Origin: Escherichia coli
GTDB taxonomy: Bacteria > Pseudomonadota > Gammaproteobacteria > Enterobacterales > Enterobacteriaceae
Length of the DNA stretch: 64,000 bases
Assembly (NCBI RefSeq): GCF_044647545.1
Contig: NZ_CP172818.1
Direction: 5' to 3' (one strand)
A program made the position numbers and the translations under genes. This document shows positions 43,826 to 56,582 of the stretch, one piece after another (the first letter of the stretch is position 1; each line of letters opens with the position of its first letter). The notes under the pieces were generated by a model, which was given only the letters and a program-made list of their open reading frames with translations, had not been told where the DNA came from and did no database searches.

Positions 43826-45804
43826 GTAAACGAATTGCGCTTTTTCCGGTGTTATTGCTGGTGCTGCTGGTGGTTGCTGCTGCGGCGTTGACCTGGATGA
43901 ACTTCTCGCAGGCGCTGCCGCGCAGCCAGTGGGCGCAGGCCGCCTGGTCGCCGGATATTGACGTCATCGAGCAGATGATTTTTCACTACAGCTTGTTGCC
44001 GCGTCTGGCGATTTCGCTGCTGGTGGGCGCGGGCCTGGGGATGGTGGGCGTGCTGTTTCAGCAAGTGCTGCGTAACCCGCTGGCGGAACCGACGACGTTG
44101 GGTGTTGCAACAGGCGCGCAACTGGGGATTACCGTCACCACGCTCTGGGCGATCCCAGGTGCTATGGCGAGCCAGTTTGCTGCGCTGGCAGGGGCTTGTG
44201 TTGTTGGCTTAATCGTCTTTGGCGTCGCGTGGGGGAAACGGCTTTCGCCGGTAACGCTGATCCTCGCGGGGCTGGTAGTGAGCCTTTATTGCGGCGCAAT
44301 CAATCAGTTACTGGTTATCTTCCATCATGACCAACTGCAAAGCATGTTCCTGTGGAGCACCGGAACGCTGACGCAAACCGACTGGGGCGGCGTTGAGCGT
44401 TTATGGCCGCAGCTGCTGGGCGGCGTGATGCTGACGTTATTGCTACTTCGCCCGTTAACCCTGATGGGGCTTGATGATGGCGTGGCGCGCAATCTCGGGC
44501 TGGCCTTGTCGCTCGCGCGTCTGGCGGCGTTGTCGCTGGCGATTGTCATCAGTGCGCTGCTGGTGAACGCGGTGGGGATTATCGGCTTTATCGGGTTGTT
44601 CGCGCCGCTGCTGGCAAAAATGCTGGGGGCGCGGCGTCTGCTGCCACGGTTAATGCTGGCGTCGCTGATTGGTGCGTTAATTCTGTGGCTTTCTGATCAA
44701 ATCATCCTCTGGCTGACTCGCGTGTGGATGGAAGTTTCCACCGGTTCGGTCACTGCGTTGATCGGTGCGCCGCTGTTACTGTGGTTGCTGCCGCGTTTAC
44801 GCAGCATTAGCGCGCCGGATATGAAGGTGAACGATCGTGTCGCGACTGAACGCCAACACGTGCTGGCGTTTGCCCTCGCGGGCGGCGTGCTGCTGTTGAT
44901 GGCTGTGGTGGTGGCGCTGTCGTTTGGTCGTGATGCGCACGGCTGGACGTGGGCGAGCGGGGCGTTGCTCGAGGATTTGATGCCCTGGCGCTGGCCGCGA
45001 ATTATGGCGGCGCTGTTTGCTGGCGTCATGCTGGCGGTGGCGGGCTGTATTATTCAGCGGCTGACCGGAAACCCGATGGCAAGCCCGGAAGTGCTGGGGA
45101 TTAGCTCCGGCGCGGCGTTTGGCGTGGTGTTAATGCTGTTTCTGGTGCCGGGTAATGCCTTTGGCTGGCTGTTACCCGCAGGCAGTCTCGGGGCGGCGGT
45201 GACGCTGTTGATCATTATGATCGCCGCCGGACGCGGTGGATTTTCCCCACACCGCATGTTACTGGCGGGGATGGCGTTAAGTACCGCGTTCACGATGCTT
45301 TTGATGATGTTGCAGGCAAGTGGTGACCCGCGAATGGCGCAAGTTCTGACCTGGATTTCCGGTTCGACCTACAACGCGACCGAGGCGCAGGTCTGGCGCA
45401 CGGGAATTGTGATGGTAATTTTGCTGGCGATTACCCCGCTGTGCCGCCGCTGGCTGACCATTTTACCGCTGGGCGGTGATACCGCACGAGCCGTGGGGAT
45501 GGCGCTGACGCCGACGCGAATTGCGCTGCTGCTGTTAGCGGCTTGCCTGACAGCGACTGCGACAATGACCATTGGACCGTTGAGTTTTGTTGGTTTAATG
45601 GCACCGCATATTGCGCGGATGATGGGCTTTCGACGGACGATGCCGCATATTATGATTTCGGCGCTGGTGGGTGGTTTACTGCTGGTGTTCGCTGACTGGT
45701 GTGGGCGGATGGTGCTGTTTCCATTCCAGATCCCAGCGGGGCTGCTGTCGACCTTTATCGGCGCGCCGTATTTTATCTATTTGTTGAGAAAGCAGAGCCG
45801 TTAA
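43822..45804 (+). CDS. fhuB: Iron(III)-hydroxamate ABC transporter permease (duplicated-domain)
   Basis: ORF 660 aa, polytopic membrane protein; 4-nt overlap with fhuD. Confidence 0.93.
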   Translation: MSKRIALFPVLLLVLLVVAAAALTWMNFSQALPRSQWAQAAWSPDIDVIEQMIFHYSLLPRLAISLLVGAGLGMVGVLFQQVLRNPLAEPTTLGVATGAQLGITVTTLWAIPGAMASQFAALAGACVVGLIVFGVAWGKRLSPVTLILAGLVVSLYCGAINQLLVIFHHDQLQSMFLWSTGTLTQTDWGGVERLWPQLLGGVMLTLLLLRPLTLMGLDDGVARNLGLALSLARLAALSLAIVISALLVNAVGIIGFIGLFAPLLAKMLGARRLLPRLMLASLIGALILWLSDQIILWLTRVWMEVSTGSVTALIGAPLLLWLLPRLRSISAPDMKVNDRVATERQHVLAFALAGGVLLLMAVVVALSFGRDAHGWTWASGALLEDLMPWRWPRIMAALFAGVMLAVAGCIIQRLTGNPMASPEVLGISSGAAFGVVLMLFLVPGNAFGWLLPAGSLGAAVTLLIIMIAAGRGGFSPHRMLLAGMALSTAFTMLLMMLQASGDPRMAQVLTWISGSTYNATEAQVWRTGIVMVILLAITPLCRRWLTILPLGGDTARAVGMALTPTRIALLLLAACLTATATMTIGPLSFVGLMAPHIARMMGFRRTMPHIMISALVGGLLLVFADWCGRMVLFPFQIPAGLLSTFIGAPYFIYLLRKQSR

Positions 45805-45849
45805 TTTTTCCATATAACGGCCCTTAACTCCTGGATGGATAAAGCTTTT

Positions 45850-45952
45850 ACGCGGCAACGGATGCCCGATGCGACGCTGTGGCGTCTTATCGGGCCTACA
45901 AACGGTCCTGATCTGTAGGTCGGATAAGGCGTTTACGCCGCATCCGACAAAC
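45850..45952. repeat. REP / BIME-type repetitive extragenic palindromes between fhuB and hemL
   Basis: Two inverted REP-like units gatgcgacgctgtggcgtcttatcgggcctaca and tgtaggtcggataaggcgtttacgccgcatccgac. Confidence 0.75.
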
Positions 45953-45961
45953 CATGCTGGA

Positions 45962-47242
45962 TCACAACTTCGCAAACACCCGACGTGCAGCATCGATGGT
46001 GTTATTGATATCTTCCATGCTGTGCGCTACAGACATAAAGCCCGCTTCAAACGCTGATGGTGCCAGGTAAACACCTTCATCCAGCATCATATGGAAGAAA
46101 CGCTTAAAGCGTTCCACGTCACAGGCCATTACATCCTGATAGCACGTCACGGACTCGGCGTCGGTAAAGAAAATACCGAACATGCCGCCAACGTGGTTAA
46201 CGACCAGCGGAATTCCGGCTTCTTCTGCCGCTTCCAGCAGACCTTCTGCCAGACGTGTTGTCAGCTCATCCAGCGTTTCGTGAACGCCCGGCTGTGCGAC
46301 TTCATTCAGACAGGCGAAACCGGCCGCCATCGCAATCGGGTTACCGGAAAGCGTACCCGCCTGATAGACCGGACCAGTCGGGGCCAGCGCATCCATTACA
46401 TCACGACGACCACCGAATGCGCCTACCGGCATTCCACCGCCGATGATTTTGCCGAGGCAGGTTAAATCTGGCACTACGCCGTAATAATCCTGTGCGCCAG
46501 CTAGCGCTACGCGGAAACCGGTCATCACTTCATCGATGATCAGCAACGCGCCAAATTCGTCACACAGCGCACGCAGACCTGGCAGGAACTCTGGCAGCGG
46601 CGGAACACAGTTCATATTGCCTGCCACCGGCTCGACGATAATACAGGCAATCTCTTGCGGGTATTGCTCAAACGCGGCGCGTACAGAAGCCAGATCGTTA
46701 TAAGTACAGGTTAAGGTATGTTTGGCGAAATCTGCCGGAACGCCCGGCGAATTTGGCTGGCCTAACGTGAGTGCGCCAGAACCGGCTTTCACCAGCAGGC
46801 AGTCAGCGTGACCGTGGTAACAACCTTCAAATTTAATGATTTTGTCGCGACCGGTAAAACCACGGGCCAGGCGGATGGCGCTCATCGTCGCTTCAGTGCC
46901 GGAGTTCACCATGCGCACCATATCCATGGTCGGGACCAGTTCGGTCACCAGTTGCGCCATTTTCACTTCCATTTCGGTTGGTGCACCAAAGCTTAAACCA
47001 CGCTCGGCGGCTTCAATCACGGCATTGCGGATCGCCGGATGGTTATGGCCCAGCACCATCGGCCCCCAGGAACCGACATAATCGATATAGGCTTTGCCAT
47101 CAACATCGTACAGATAAGCGCCGTCCGCTTTTTCGATAAACAGTGGAGTGCCGCCCACGCCAGTAAAGGCGCGAACAGGGGAGTTCACACCGCCAGGGAT
47201 CAGCTCGCGCGCTGCGCTGTAAAGATTTTCAGACTTACTCAT
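45962..47242 (-). CDS. hemL: Glutamate-1-semialdehyde 2,1-aminomutase
   Basis: ORF 426 aa [26 protein letters not shown]...; PLP-dependent class III aminotransferase. Confidence 0.95.
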   Translation of the reverse strand: MSKSENLYSAARELIPGGVNSPVRAFTGVGGTPLFIEKADGAYLYDVDGKAYIDYVGSWGPMVLGHNHPAIRNAVIEAAERGLSFGAPTEMEVKMAQLVTELVPTMDMVRMVNSGTEATMSAIRLARGFTGRDKIIKFEGCYHGHADCLLVKAGSGALTLGQPNSPGVPADFAKHTLTCTYNDLASVRAAFEQYPQEIACIIVEPVAGNMNCVPPLPEFLPGLRALCDEFGALLIIDEVMTGFRVALAGAQDYYGVVPDLTCLGKIIGGGMPVGAFGGRRDVMDALAPTGPVYQAGTLSGNPIAMAAGFACLNEVAQPGVHETLDELTTRLAEGLLEAAEEAGIPLVVNHVGGMFGIFFTDAESVTCYQDVMACDVERFKRFFHMMLDEGVYLAPSAFEAGFMSVAHSMEDINNTIDAARRVFAKL

Positions 47243-47448
47243 GGAGGGTTCCTGATTCGTAGAAAAAGTGAATGGCTGCTATTCTATGTTATTCATAACA
47301 AGTTAAATACTCGTCAAACATCAGGCTGCTTGTACTGGTGCAATCCTGATTTCTTAGAGTATAAAAGTTTTGTGCATTTGAAACATTACGCTTTGCAAAG
47401 GATTTTCATGGAACGTGCGAGTAAAATGCCGTCATCTTATTTGTATGA

Positions 47449-48888
<1,440 letters not shown>

Positions 48889-48969
48889 ACGAAATACCAG
48901 GGTATTAGATAATGGCGATTATTATTGGGTTAGAATTTGCCCAATTGCCGATGTCGTTTGGAGCAAAAT

Positions 48970-49314
48970 ATGAGTGATGACGTAGCACTGCCGCTGGAGT
49001 TTACCGACGCAGCAGCCAACAAAGTTAAAAGCCTGATCGCTGACGAAGATAACCCGAATCTGAAATTACGCGTGTATATCACCGGTGGCGGTTGCAGCGG
49101 CTTCCAGTATGGTTTCACCTTTGATGATCAGGTGAACGAAGGCGATATGACCATCGAAAAACAGGGCGTTGGCCTGGTGGTTGATCCGATGAGCCTGCAA
49201 TATCTGGTCGGCGGTTCCGTTGACTATACCGAAGGACTGGAAGGTTCTCGTTTCATCGTGACCAACCCGAACGCGAAAAGCACCTGCGGTTGCGGTTCTT
49301 CCTTTAGCATCTAA
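48970..49314 (+). CDS. erpA: Iron-sulfur cluster insertion protein ErpA (A-type carrier)
   Basis: ORF 48937..49314; start at ATG 48970 ([22 protein letters not shown]...); C-terminal CGCGSSF; 114 aa. Confidence 0.93.
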
Positions 49315-49324
49315 TCTGTTGTTC

Positions 49325-49351
49325 ATGTGCCGGATAAACTATCCGGCACAT
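49325..49351. terminator. Hairpin between convergent erpA and yadS
   Basis: atgtgccggata-aac-tatccggcacat inverted repeat. Confidence 0.6.
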
Positions 49352-49360
49352 CTTCTCTCT

Positions 49361-49984
49361 TCAACGCCCATTCTCATCCAGCGCAAACGTCGGTAGCTTA
49401 AGATGCCAACGAATAGCCGCCAGCCGAATCAATAGCGTCACGACCATGCCCATCATACTGGCTGTTTCCAGTGGTACGGAAAATGTGTAATAAGCCGTAG
49501 CGTGGACAATACCGCCGATAATACAGGCTGTTGCGTAGATTTCTGTACGTAAAATCATGGGGATTTCGCGGGCCAGTACATCACGAATGATCCCGCCGCC
49601 AACGCCAGTAATGACGCCCATACAAACCGCGATTAACGGACCGGCTTCCGCATTAAAGGCTTTATTCACGCCAATGCCGACAAACACCGCCAGACCAACG
49701 GCGTCCAGCACCGGCAACATCCATTTTGGTAAGCGTCTTGGCTGGCGCACCAGCACGATGGTCAGCATGCTGGTGACCATTGCAACGACCAGATCGGTGG
49801 GATCTTTCACCCAAAATACCGGGCCGTGATCCAGCGCCATGTCGCGAATTGTTCCGCCGCCTACTGCGGTAACCACGCCCAATACCAGTACACCAAAAGG
49901 GTCCATACGCAATTTTCCGGCTAACAAAACGCCAGAGATAGCAAATACCGCTGTGCCGACTATATCCAGCCAATAGACGAGCAT
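49361..49984 (-). CDS. yadS: UPF0126 family inner membrane protein
   Basis: ORF 207 aa, polytopic, two internal repeats with GGGxIRD motif. Confidence 0.88.
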   Translation of the reverse strand: MLVYWLDIVGTAVFAISGVLLAGKLRMDPFGVLVLGVVTAVGGGTIRDMALDHGPVFWVKDPTDLVVAMVTSMLTIVLVRQPRRLPKWMLPVLDAVGLAVFVGIGVNKAFNAEAGPLIAVCMGVITGVGGGIIRDVLAREIPMILRTEIYATACIIGGIVHATAYYTFSVPLETASMMGMVVTLLIRLAAIRWHLKLPTFALDENGR

Positions 49985-50021
49985 TGTTCAATCCCCACTG
50001 AGCACCTGAAAAGGTCAGGCA

Positions 50022-50822
50022 CTAATCTACCTGTGAAAGCGCATTACAGAGCTGTTGTGCAGCGAGGATAATACGTGGGCTTGCACGTTCAAACCAGTCA
50101 CTCGTGAGAGGAATAACGGGAATTTTGAGCTGTTCACCCCAGTATTGTTTGATTTTAGGAATTTGGTCCGATCCGCCTGTAATGACAATCGCCTGTGGCG
50201 AGCGTGCTAACACCTGTTCACGGCTAACTTGCGGCCAGGGAACCCGGCTGTCTTTAAAGATGTTTTCTCCGCCACAAACTTCGAGTACCTGGTTTTGAAT
50301 CGACTCTTTTCCACTGGTAAATGGCGGATTAATGCCGAATTGCAGAAAAACACGTTTTTTAGGTTTATCAGCATATTGCGCTTTCAATTGCGCGTACTGA
50401 TCCAGCAGGGATTGCGCGGCTTGTTCGGCCTTATCCGGTTGCGGACTCCAGGGGGCCAGTTGACGTAACGCATTGGCAATTTGTTCAATGCTTGTCGCAT
50501 CGACCCACATCACTTTTATTCCCAGCGAAGCCAGCTGGTCAACCTGCCGCTCGGCATTACCTCCACGCCAGGCAATCACCAGATCGGGTTTCAGCGCGAC
50601 AATGCGTTCCAGATTCATCCCCTGCCAGGTGGAAACCTGCTCAATCTTTTGCGCTTGTGGAGGATAGTCGGAATAGCTGCTGACCCCAACCGGCGTGATC
50701 CCGGCGGCAAAGGCAAGTTCAGTGTTGGCGGGAGAAAGCGTGATGACGCGCGGCGCGGCATTGAGCCACAGCGGCGCGAGAAAAGACAGGGCGACCAGCG
50801 CCCTGAACAGTGACTTAGCCAT
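50022..50822 (-). CDS. btuF: Vitamin B12 periplasmic binding protein
   Basis: ORF 50022..50849; start at ATG 50822 ([30 protein letters not shown]...); 266 aa; start overlaps mtn 3' end by 8 nt. Confidence 0.9.
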   Translation of the reverse strand: MAKSLFRALVALSFLAPLWLNAAPRVITLSPANTELAFAAGITPVGVSSYSDYPPQAQKIEQVSTWQGMNLERIVALKPDLVIAWRGGNAERQVDQLASLGIKVMWVDATSIEQIANALRQLAPWSPQPDKAEQAAQSLLDQYAQLKAQYADKPKKRVFLQFGINPPFTSGKESIQNQVLEVCGGENIFKDSRVPWPQVSREQVLARSPQAIVITGGSDQIPKIKQYWGEQLKIPVIPLTSDWFERASPRIILAAQQLCNALSQVD

Positions 50823-51513
50823 GTGCCAGTTTCTGCACCAGTGACTCAACCATCAGGCTGGACTGTTTAGCGGCAACAGCCAGGAACTCATCGAAGCTAA
50901 GATGAGACTGTTGATCGGCCACGTCGGAGATGGCGCGTACTACGACAAACGGGACGTTGAAATTGTGGCAGACATGGGCGATTGCCGTCGCTTCCATCTC
51001 TACAGCAATGGCCTGTGGGAAGTTGTGGCGGATTTTCGCCAGACCAACAGAACCGTTGATGAATGCGTCGCCGCTAACAATCAGGCCACGTACAGCGTTA
51101 AGATTCAGTTCGGCAATGCAGGCCTCAGCGGCAGCGATCAGTTTATCGTCAGCTTTAAAGCCTGCCGGGCAGCCTGGTAACTGGCCGTATTCATAACCAA
51201 ATGCCGTGACATCCGCGTCGTGATAACGAGCTTCGTCCGAGACAACGATATCGCCCACTTTCAGCGTTGGTGCCAGGCCACCGGCAGAACCGGTGTTAAT
51301 AATCACATCTGGCTTGCAGTGTTCCAACAGCAGAGTGGCACCCAGCGCCGCAGCGACTTTACCGATGCCCGATTTCAGAAGCGCAACCTCGGTTCCATTC
51401 AGTTGGCCGGTATAGATTTCGCAACCGCCCAGACTGATAGTTTGACGGTTTTCGATTTTGTCACGCAGCAGCGTAACTTCTTCTTCCATTGCACCAATGA
51501 TGCCGATTTTCAT
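50815..51513 (-). CDS. mtn: 5'-methylthioadenosine / S-adenosylhomocysteine nucleosidase
   Basis: ORF 232 aa [40 protein letters not shown]... Confidence 0.95.
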   Translation of the reverse strand: MKIGIIGAMEEEVTLLRDKIENRQTISLGGCEIYTGQLNGTEVALLKSGIGKVAAALGATLLLEHCKPDVIINTGSAGGLAPTLKVGDIVVSDEARYHDADVTAFGYEYGQLPGCPAGFKADDKLIAAAEACIAELNLNAVRGLIVSGDAFINGSVGLAKIRHNFPQAIAVEMEATAIAHVCHNFNVPFVVVRAISDVADQQSHLSFDEFLAVAAKQSSLMVESLVQKLAHG

Positions 51514-51596
51514 AGATTTACTCGCGATAAGCCCGATTTGAAGGCATAGTTTACCATGCGCTTACGGGGAAGCGTATTTCTCACGCGGGAGAGGAC

Positions 51597-53114
51597 ATGG
51601 CACAGATTGATTTCCGAAAAAAAATAAACTGGCATCGTCGTTACCGTTCACCACAGGGCGTTAAAACCGAACATGAGATCCTGCGGATCTTCGAGAGCGA
51701 TCGCGGGCGTATCATCAACTCTCCGGCAATTCGTCGTCTGCAACAAAAGACCCAGGTTTTTCCACTGGAGCGCAATGCCGCCGTGCGCACGCGTCTTACC
51801 CACTCGATGGAAGTCCAGCAGGTGGGGCGTTATATCGCTAAAGAGATTTTAAGCCGCCTGAAAGAGCTTAAATTACTGGAGGCGTATGGTCTCGATGAAC
51901 TGACCGGGCCCTTTGAAAGCATTGTTGAGATGTCATGCCTGATGCACGATATCGGCAATCCGCCGTTTGGTCATTTTGGCGAAGCGGCGATAAATGACTG
52001 GTTTCGCCAGCGTTTGCACCCGGAAGATGCCGAAAGCCAGCCTCTGACTGACGATCGCTGCAGCGTGGCAGCACTACGTTTACGGGACGGGGAAGAACCG
52101 CTTAACGAGCTGCGGCGCAAAATACGTCAGGACTTATGTCATTTTGAGGGGAATGCACAAGGCATTCGTCTGGTGCATACATTGATGCGGATGAATCTCA
52201 CCTGGGCGCAGGTTGGCGGTATTTTAAAATATACCCGTCCAGCGTGGTGGCGTGGCGAAACGCCTGAGACACATCACTATTTAATGAAAAAGCCGGGTTA
52301 TTATCTTTCTGAAGAAGCCTATATTGCCCGGTTGCGTAAAGAACTTAATTTGGCGCTTTACAGTCGTTTTCCATTAACGTGGATTATGGAAGCTGCCGAC
52401 GACATCTCCTATTGTGTGGCAGACCTTGAAGATGCGGTAGAGAAAAGGATATTTACCGTTGAGCAGCTTTATCATCATTTGCACGAGGCGTGGGGCCAGC
52501 ATGAGAAAGGTTCGCTCTTTTCGCTGGTGGTTGAAAATGCCTGGGAAAAATCACGCTCAAATAGTTTAAGCCGCAGTACGGAAGACCAGTTTTTTATGTA
52601 TTTACGGGTAAACACTCTAAATAAACTGGTACCCTACGCGGCACAACGATTTATTGATAATCTGCCTGCGATTTTCGCCGGAACGTTTAATCATGCATTA
52701 TTGGAAGATGCCAGCGAATGCAGCGATCTTCTTAAGCTTTATAAAAATGTCGCTGTAAAACATGTGTTTAGCCATCCAGATGTCGAGCAGCTTGAATTGC
52801 AGGGCTATCGGGTCATTAGCGGATTATTAGAGATTTATCGCCCTTTATTAAGCCTGTCGTTATCAGACTTTACTGAACTGGTAGAAAAAGAACGGGTGAA
52901 ACGTTTCCCTATTGAATCGCGCTTATTCCACAAACTCTCGACGCGCCATCGGCTGGCCTATGTCGAGGCTGTCAGTAAATTACCGTCAGATTCTCCTGAG
53001 TTTCCGCTATGGGAATATTATTACCGTTGCCGCCTGCTGCAGGATTATATCAGCGGTATGACCGACCTCTATGCGTGGGATGAATACCGACGTCTGATGG
53101 CCGTAGAACAATAA
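51597..53114 (+). CDS. dgt: Deoxyguanosinetriphosphate triphosphohydrolase (dGTPase)
   Basis: ORF 505 aa; HD-domain motif [11 protein letters not shown]...[12 protein letters not shown]. Confidence 0.95.
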
Positions 53115-53170
53115 CCAGGCTTTTGTAAAGACGAACAATAAATTTTTACCTTTTGCAGAAACTTTAGTTC

Positions 53171-53198
53171 GGAACTTCGCGCTATAAAACGAATCTGA
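53171..53198 (+). promoter_or_regulatory. Sigma-E (RpoE)-type promoter of degP
   Basis: -35 ggaactt (53171..53177) and -10 tctga (53194..53198) with 16-nt spacer, about 45 nt upstream of degP start. Confidence 0.75.
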
Positions 53199-53243
53199 AG
53201 AACACAGCAATTTTGCGTTATCTGTTAATCGAGACTGAAATAC

Positions 53244-54668
53244 ATGAAAAAAACCACATTAGCACTGAGTGCACTGGCTCTGAGTTTAGGTTTGGCGTTA
53301 TCTCCGCTCTCTGCAACGGCGGCTGAGACTTCTTCAGCAACGACAGCCCAGCAGATGCCAAGCCTTGCACCGATGCTCGAAAAGGTGATGCCTTCAGTGG
53401 TCAGCATTAACGTAGAAGGTAGCACAACCGTTAATACGCCGCGTATGCCGCGTAATTTCCAGCAGTTCTTCGGTGATGATTCTCCGTTCTGCCAGGAAGG
53501 TTCTCCGTTCCAGAGTTCTCCGTTCTGCCAGGGTGGCCAGGGCGGTAATGGTGGCGGCCAGCAACAGAAATTCATGGCGCTGGGTTCCGGCGTCATCATT
53601 GATGCCGATAAAGGCTATGTCGTCACCAACAACCACGTTGTTGATAACGCGACGGTGATTAAAGTCCAACTGAGCGATGGCCGTAAGTTCGACGCGAAGA
53701 TGGTTGGCAAAGATCCGCGCTCTGATATCGCGCTGATCCAGATCCAGAACCCGAAAAACCTGACCGCAATTAAGATGGCGGATTCTGATGCACTGCGCGT
53801 GGGTGATTACACCGTAGCGATTGGTAACCCGTTTGGTCTGGGCGAGACGGTAACTTCCGGGATTGTCTCTGCGCTGGGGCGTAGCGGCCTGAATGCCGAA
53901 AACTACGAAAACTTCATCCAGACCGATGCAGCGATTAACCGTGGTAACTCCGGTGGTGCGCTGGTTAACCTGAACGGTGAACTGATCGGTATCAACACCG
54001 CGATCCTCGCACCGGACGGCGGCAACATCGGTATCGGTTTTGCTATCCCGAGCAACATGGTGAAAAACCTGACCTCGCAGATGGTGGAATACGGCCAGGT
54101 GAAACGCGGTGAGTTGGGTATTATGGGCACTGAGCTGAACTCCGATCTGGCGAAAGCGATGAAAGTTGACGCCCAGCGCGGTGCTTTCGTAAGCCAGGTT
54201 CTGCCGAATTCTTCCGCCGCGAAAGCGGGCATTAAAGCGGGTGATGTGATCACCTCACTGAACGGTAAGCCAATCAGCAGCTTTGCCGCACTGCGTGCTC
54301 AGGTGGGCACTATGCCGGTAGGTAGCAAACTGACCCTGGGCTTATTGCGCGACGGGAAGCAGGTTAACGTGAACCTGGAACTTCAGCAGAGCAGCCAGAA
54401 TCAGGTTGATTCCAGCACCATCTTCAACGGCATTGAAGGCGCTGAGATGAGCAACAAAGGCAAAGATCAGGGCGTGGTAGTGAACAACGTGAAAACGGGC
54501 ACTCCGGCTGCGCAGATCGGCCTGAAGAAAGGTGATGTGATTATTGGCGCGAACCAGCAGGCAGTGAAAAACATCGCTGAACTGCGTAAAGTTCTCGACA
54601 GCAAACCGTCTGTGCTGGCACTGAACATTCAGCGCGGCGACAGCACCATCTACCTGTTAATGCAGTAA
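53244..54668 (+). CDS. degP: Periplasmic serine endoprotease / chaperone DegP (HtrA)
   Basis: ORF 474 aa; signal peptide, catalytic GNSGGAL, two PDZ domains. Confidence 0.95.
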   Translation: MKKTTLALSALALSLGLALSPLSATAAETSSATTAQQMPSLAPMLEKVMPSVVSINVEGSTTVNTPRMPRNFQQFFGDDSPFCQEGSPFQSSPFCQGGQGGNGGGQQQKFMALGSGVIIDADKGYVVTNNHVVDNATVIKVQLSDGRKFDAKMVGKDPRSDIALIQIQNPKNLTAIKMADSDALRVGDYTVAIGNPFGLGETVTSGIVSALGRSGLNAENYENFIQTDAAINRGNSGGALVNLNGELIGINTAILAPDGGNIGIGFAIPSNMVKNLTSQMVEYGQVKRGELGIMGTELNSDLAKAMKVDAQRGAFVSQVLPNSSAAKAGIKAGDVITSLNGKPISSFAALRAQVGTMPVGSKLTLGLLRDGKQVNVNLELQQSSQNQVDSSTIFNGIEGAEMSNKGKDQGVVVNNVKTGTPAAQIGLKKGDVIIGANQQAVKNIAELRKVLDSKPSVLALNIQRGDSTIYLLMQ

Positions 54669-54675
54669 TCTCCCT

Positions 54676-54710
54676 CAACCCCTTCCTGAAAACGGGAAGG
54701 GGTTCTCCTT
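54676..54710 (+). terminator. Hairpin terminator downstream of degP
   Basis: aaccccttcc-tgaaaac-gggaaggggtt followed by ctcctt. Confidence 0.6.
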
Positions 54711-54822
54711 ACAATCTGTGAACTTCACCACAACTCCATACATCTTCATCATCCTTTGGGCATTTGCACAATGCCGTACGTTACGTACTTCCTTATGCTA
54801 AGCCGTGCATAACGGAGGACTT

Positions 54823-55980
54823 ATGGCTGGCTGGCATCTTGATACCAAAATGGCGCAGGATATCGTGGCACGTACCATGCGCATCATCGATACCAATATC
54901 AACGTAATGGATGCCCGCGGGCGAATTATCGGCAGCGGCGATCGTGAGCGTATTGGTGAATTGCACGAAGGAGCATTGCTGGTACTTTCACAGGGACGAG
55001 TCGTCGATATCGATGACGCGGTGGCACGTCATCTGCACGGTGTGCGGCAGGGGATTAATCTACCGTTACGGCTGGAAGGTGAAATTGTCGGCGTAATTGG
55101 CCTGACAGGTGAACCAGAGAATCTGCGTAAATATGGCGAACTGGTCTGCATGACGGCTGAAATGATGCTGGAACAGTCGCGGTTGATGCACTTGTTGGCG
55201 CAGGATAGCCGTTTGCGGGAGGAACTGGTGATGAACCTGATTCAGGCAGAGGAGAATACTCCCGCACTTACTGAATGGGCGCAACGGCTGGGGATCGATC
55301 TCAATCAACCGCGAGTGGTGGCTATTGTTGAGGTCGACAGCGGTCAGCTTGGTGTGGACAGCGCAATGGCGGAGTTACAACAACTGCAAAACGCGCTGAC
55401 TACGCCCGAGCGTAATAATCTGGTGGCGATTGTCTCGCTAACCGAAATGGTGGTGTTGAAACCGGCGTTGAACTCTTTTGGGCGCTGGGATGCAGAAGAT
55501 CATCGTAAGCGAGTTGAACAACTGATTACCCGCATGAAAGAGTACGGCCAGCTGCGTTTTCGCGTTTCACTGGGCAACTATTTTACCGGTCCTGGCAGTA
55601 TTGCCCGATCCTATCGTACGGCGAAAACGACGATGGTGGTGGGTAAACAGCGAATGCCAGAAAGTCGCTGCTATTTTTATCAGGATCTGATGTTGCCTGT
55701 GTTACTCGACAGTTTGCGTGGCGACTGGCAGGCCAACGAACTGGCGCGACCGCTGGCGCGGCTGAAAGCGATGGACAATAACGGCTTGCTGCGGCGAACG
55801 CTGGCGGCGTGGTTTCGCCACAATGTGCAACCGCTGGCAACGTCAAAGGCGTTGTTTATTCATCGTAATACTCTGGAATATCGGCTTAATCGTATATCGG
55901 AACTGACCGGGCTTGATTTGGGCAATTTTGATGACAGGTTGCTGCTGTATGTGGCGTTACAACTGGATGAAGAGCGGTAG
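54823..55980 (+). CDS. cdaR: Carbohydrate diacid regulator CdaR (SdaR)
   Basis: ORF 54805..55980 (track start GTG); ATG 54823 gives MAGWHLDTKMAQDIVARTMRIIDTNINVMD...; C-terminal HTH; 385 aa. Confidence 0.9.
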   Translation: MAGWHLDTKMAQDIVARTMRIIDTNINVMDARGRIIGSGDRERIGELHEGALLVLSQGRVVDIDDAVARHLHGVRQGINLPLRLEGEIVGVIGLTGEPENLRKYGELVCMTAEMMLEQSRLMHLLAQDSRLREELVMNLIQAEENTPALTEWAQRLGIDLNQPRVVAIVEVDSGQLGVDSAMAELQQLQNALTTPERNNLVAIVSLTEMVVLKPALNSFGRWDAEDHRKRVEQLITRMKEYGQLRFRVSLGNYFTGPGSIARSYRTAKTTMVVGKQRMPESRCYFYQDLMLPVLLDSLRGDWQANELARPLARLKAMDNNGLLRRTLAAWFRHNVQPLATSKALFIHRNTLEYRLNRISELTGLDLGNFDDRLLLYVALQLDEER

Positions 55981-55998
55981 GTCGATTACAAAATTACA

Positions 55999-56021
55999 GC
56001 CGGGTGAGACTTTACCCGGCC
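55999..56021 (-). terminator. Hairpin downstream of yaeH (minus strand), also between cdaR and yaeH
   Basis: gccgggtgagactttacccggc inverted repeat; U-rich tract follows on minus strand. Confidence 0.5.
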
Positions 56022-56034
56022 CACAGAATGACCA

Positions 56035-56421
56035 TTATTTACGCGTCAGTTTTTCCAGATCGGCTTCAATCTCGCTGATCTTATTGGTTACTACTGACTC
56101 CAGGTGACGTAAGTCGTCGAGGATCTTACGCTTAAGATCAACTTCGCTGCGGTCACGCTGGCAGATTTGATCAAGCTCATCAATGATATACCGTAGATTC
56201 GGGCTGATTTCCTGGACTTCTTTATAACCCTGACCCACACCATCAGCGACGACCGTTTTACGCTGACGCGGATATTTAAACTTCACGCTCTTGGCGAAAA
56301 ACTCGCCTTTGTCTTTCTGGAAATAGATTTTCAGAATATCGTTGTTGGCTTCCTGCCGGAGGCTGTAACGATCAATTTCTTCAGGATTGGTAATACCCAG
56401 ACTTTTCAGATTGTCGTACAT
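56035..56421 (-). CDS. yaeH: UPF0325 family protein
   Basis: ORF 128 aa [42 protein letters not shown]... Confidence 0.88.
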   Translation of the reverse strand: MYDNLKSLGITNPEEIDRYSLRQEANNDILKIYFQKDKGEFFAKSVKFKYPRQRKTVVADGVGQGYKEVQEISPNLRYIIDELDQICQRDRSEVDLKRKILDDLRHLESVVTNKISEIEADLEKLTRK

Positions 56422-56582
56422 AGCGTTACCTCAAAATGAGTCAGTAAATTGTGCTTATTTTAGCATTTGGCCTGGCCCGCCCGGCTCGACTGTGATCGCA
56501 GAAAGCCTTTTTCTTCCAGACTTCTATCATGGCGTAAAAATCAAAAAATTACCTGCTTTATTGTGGCGATAAAATTCACGTT

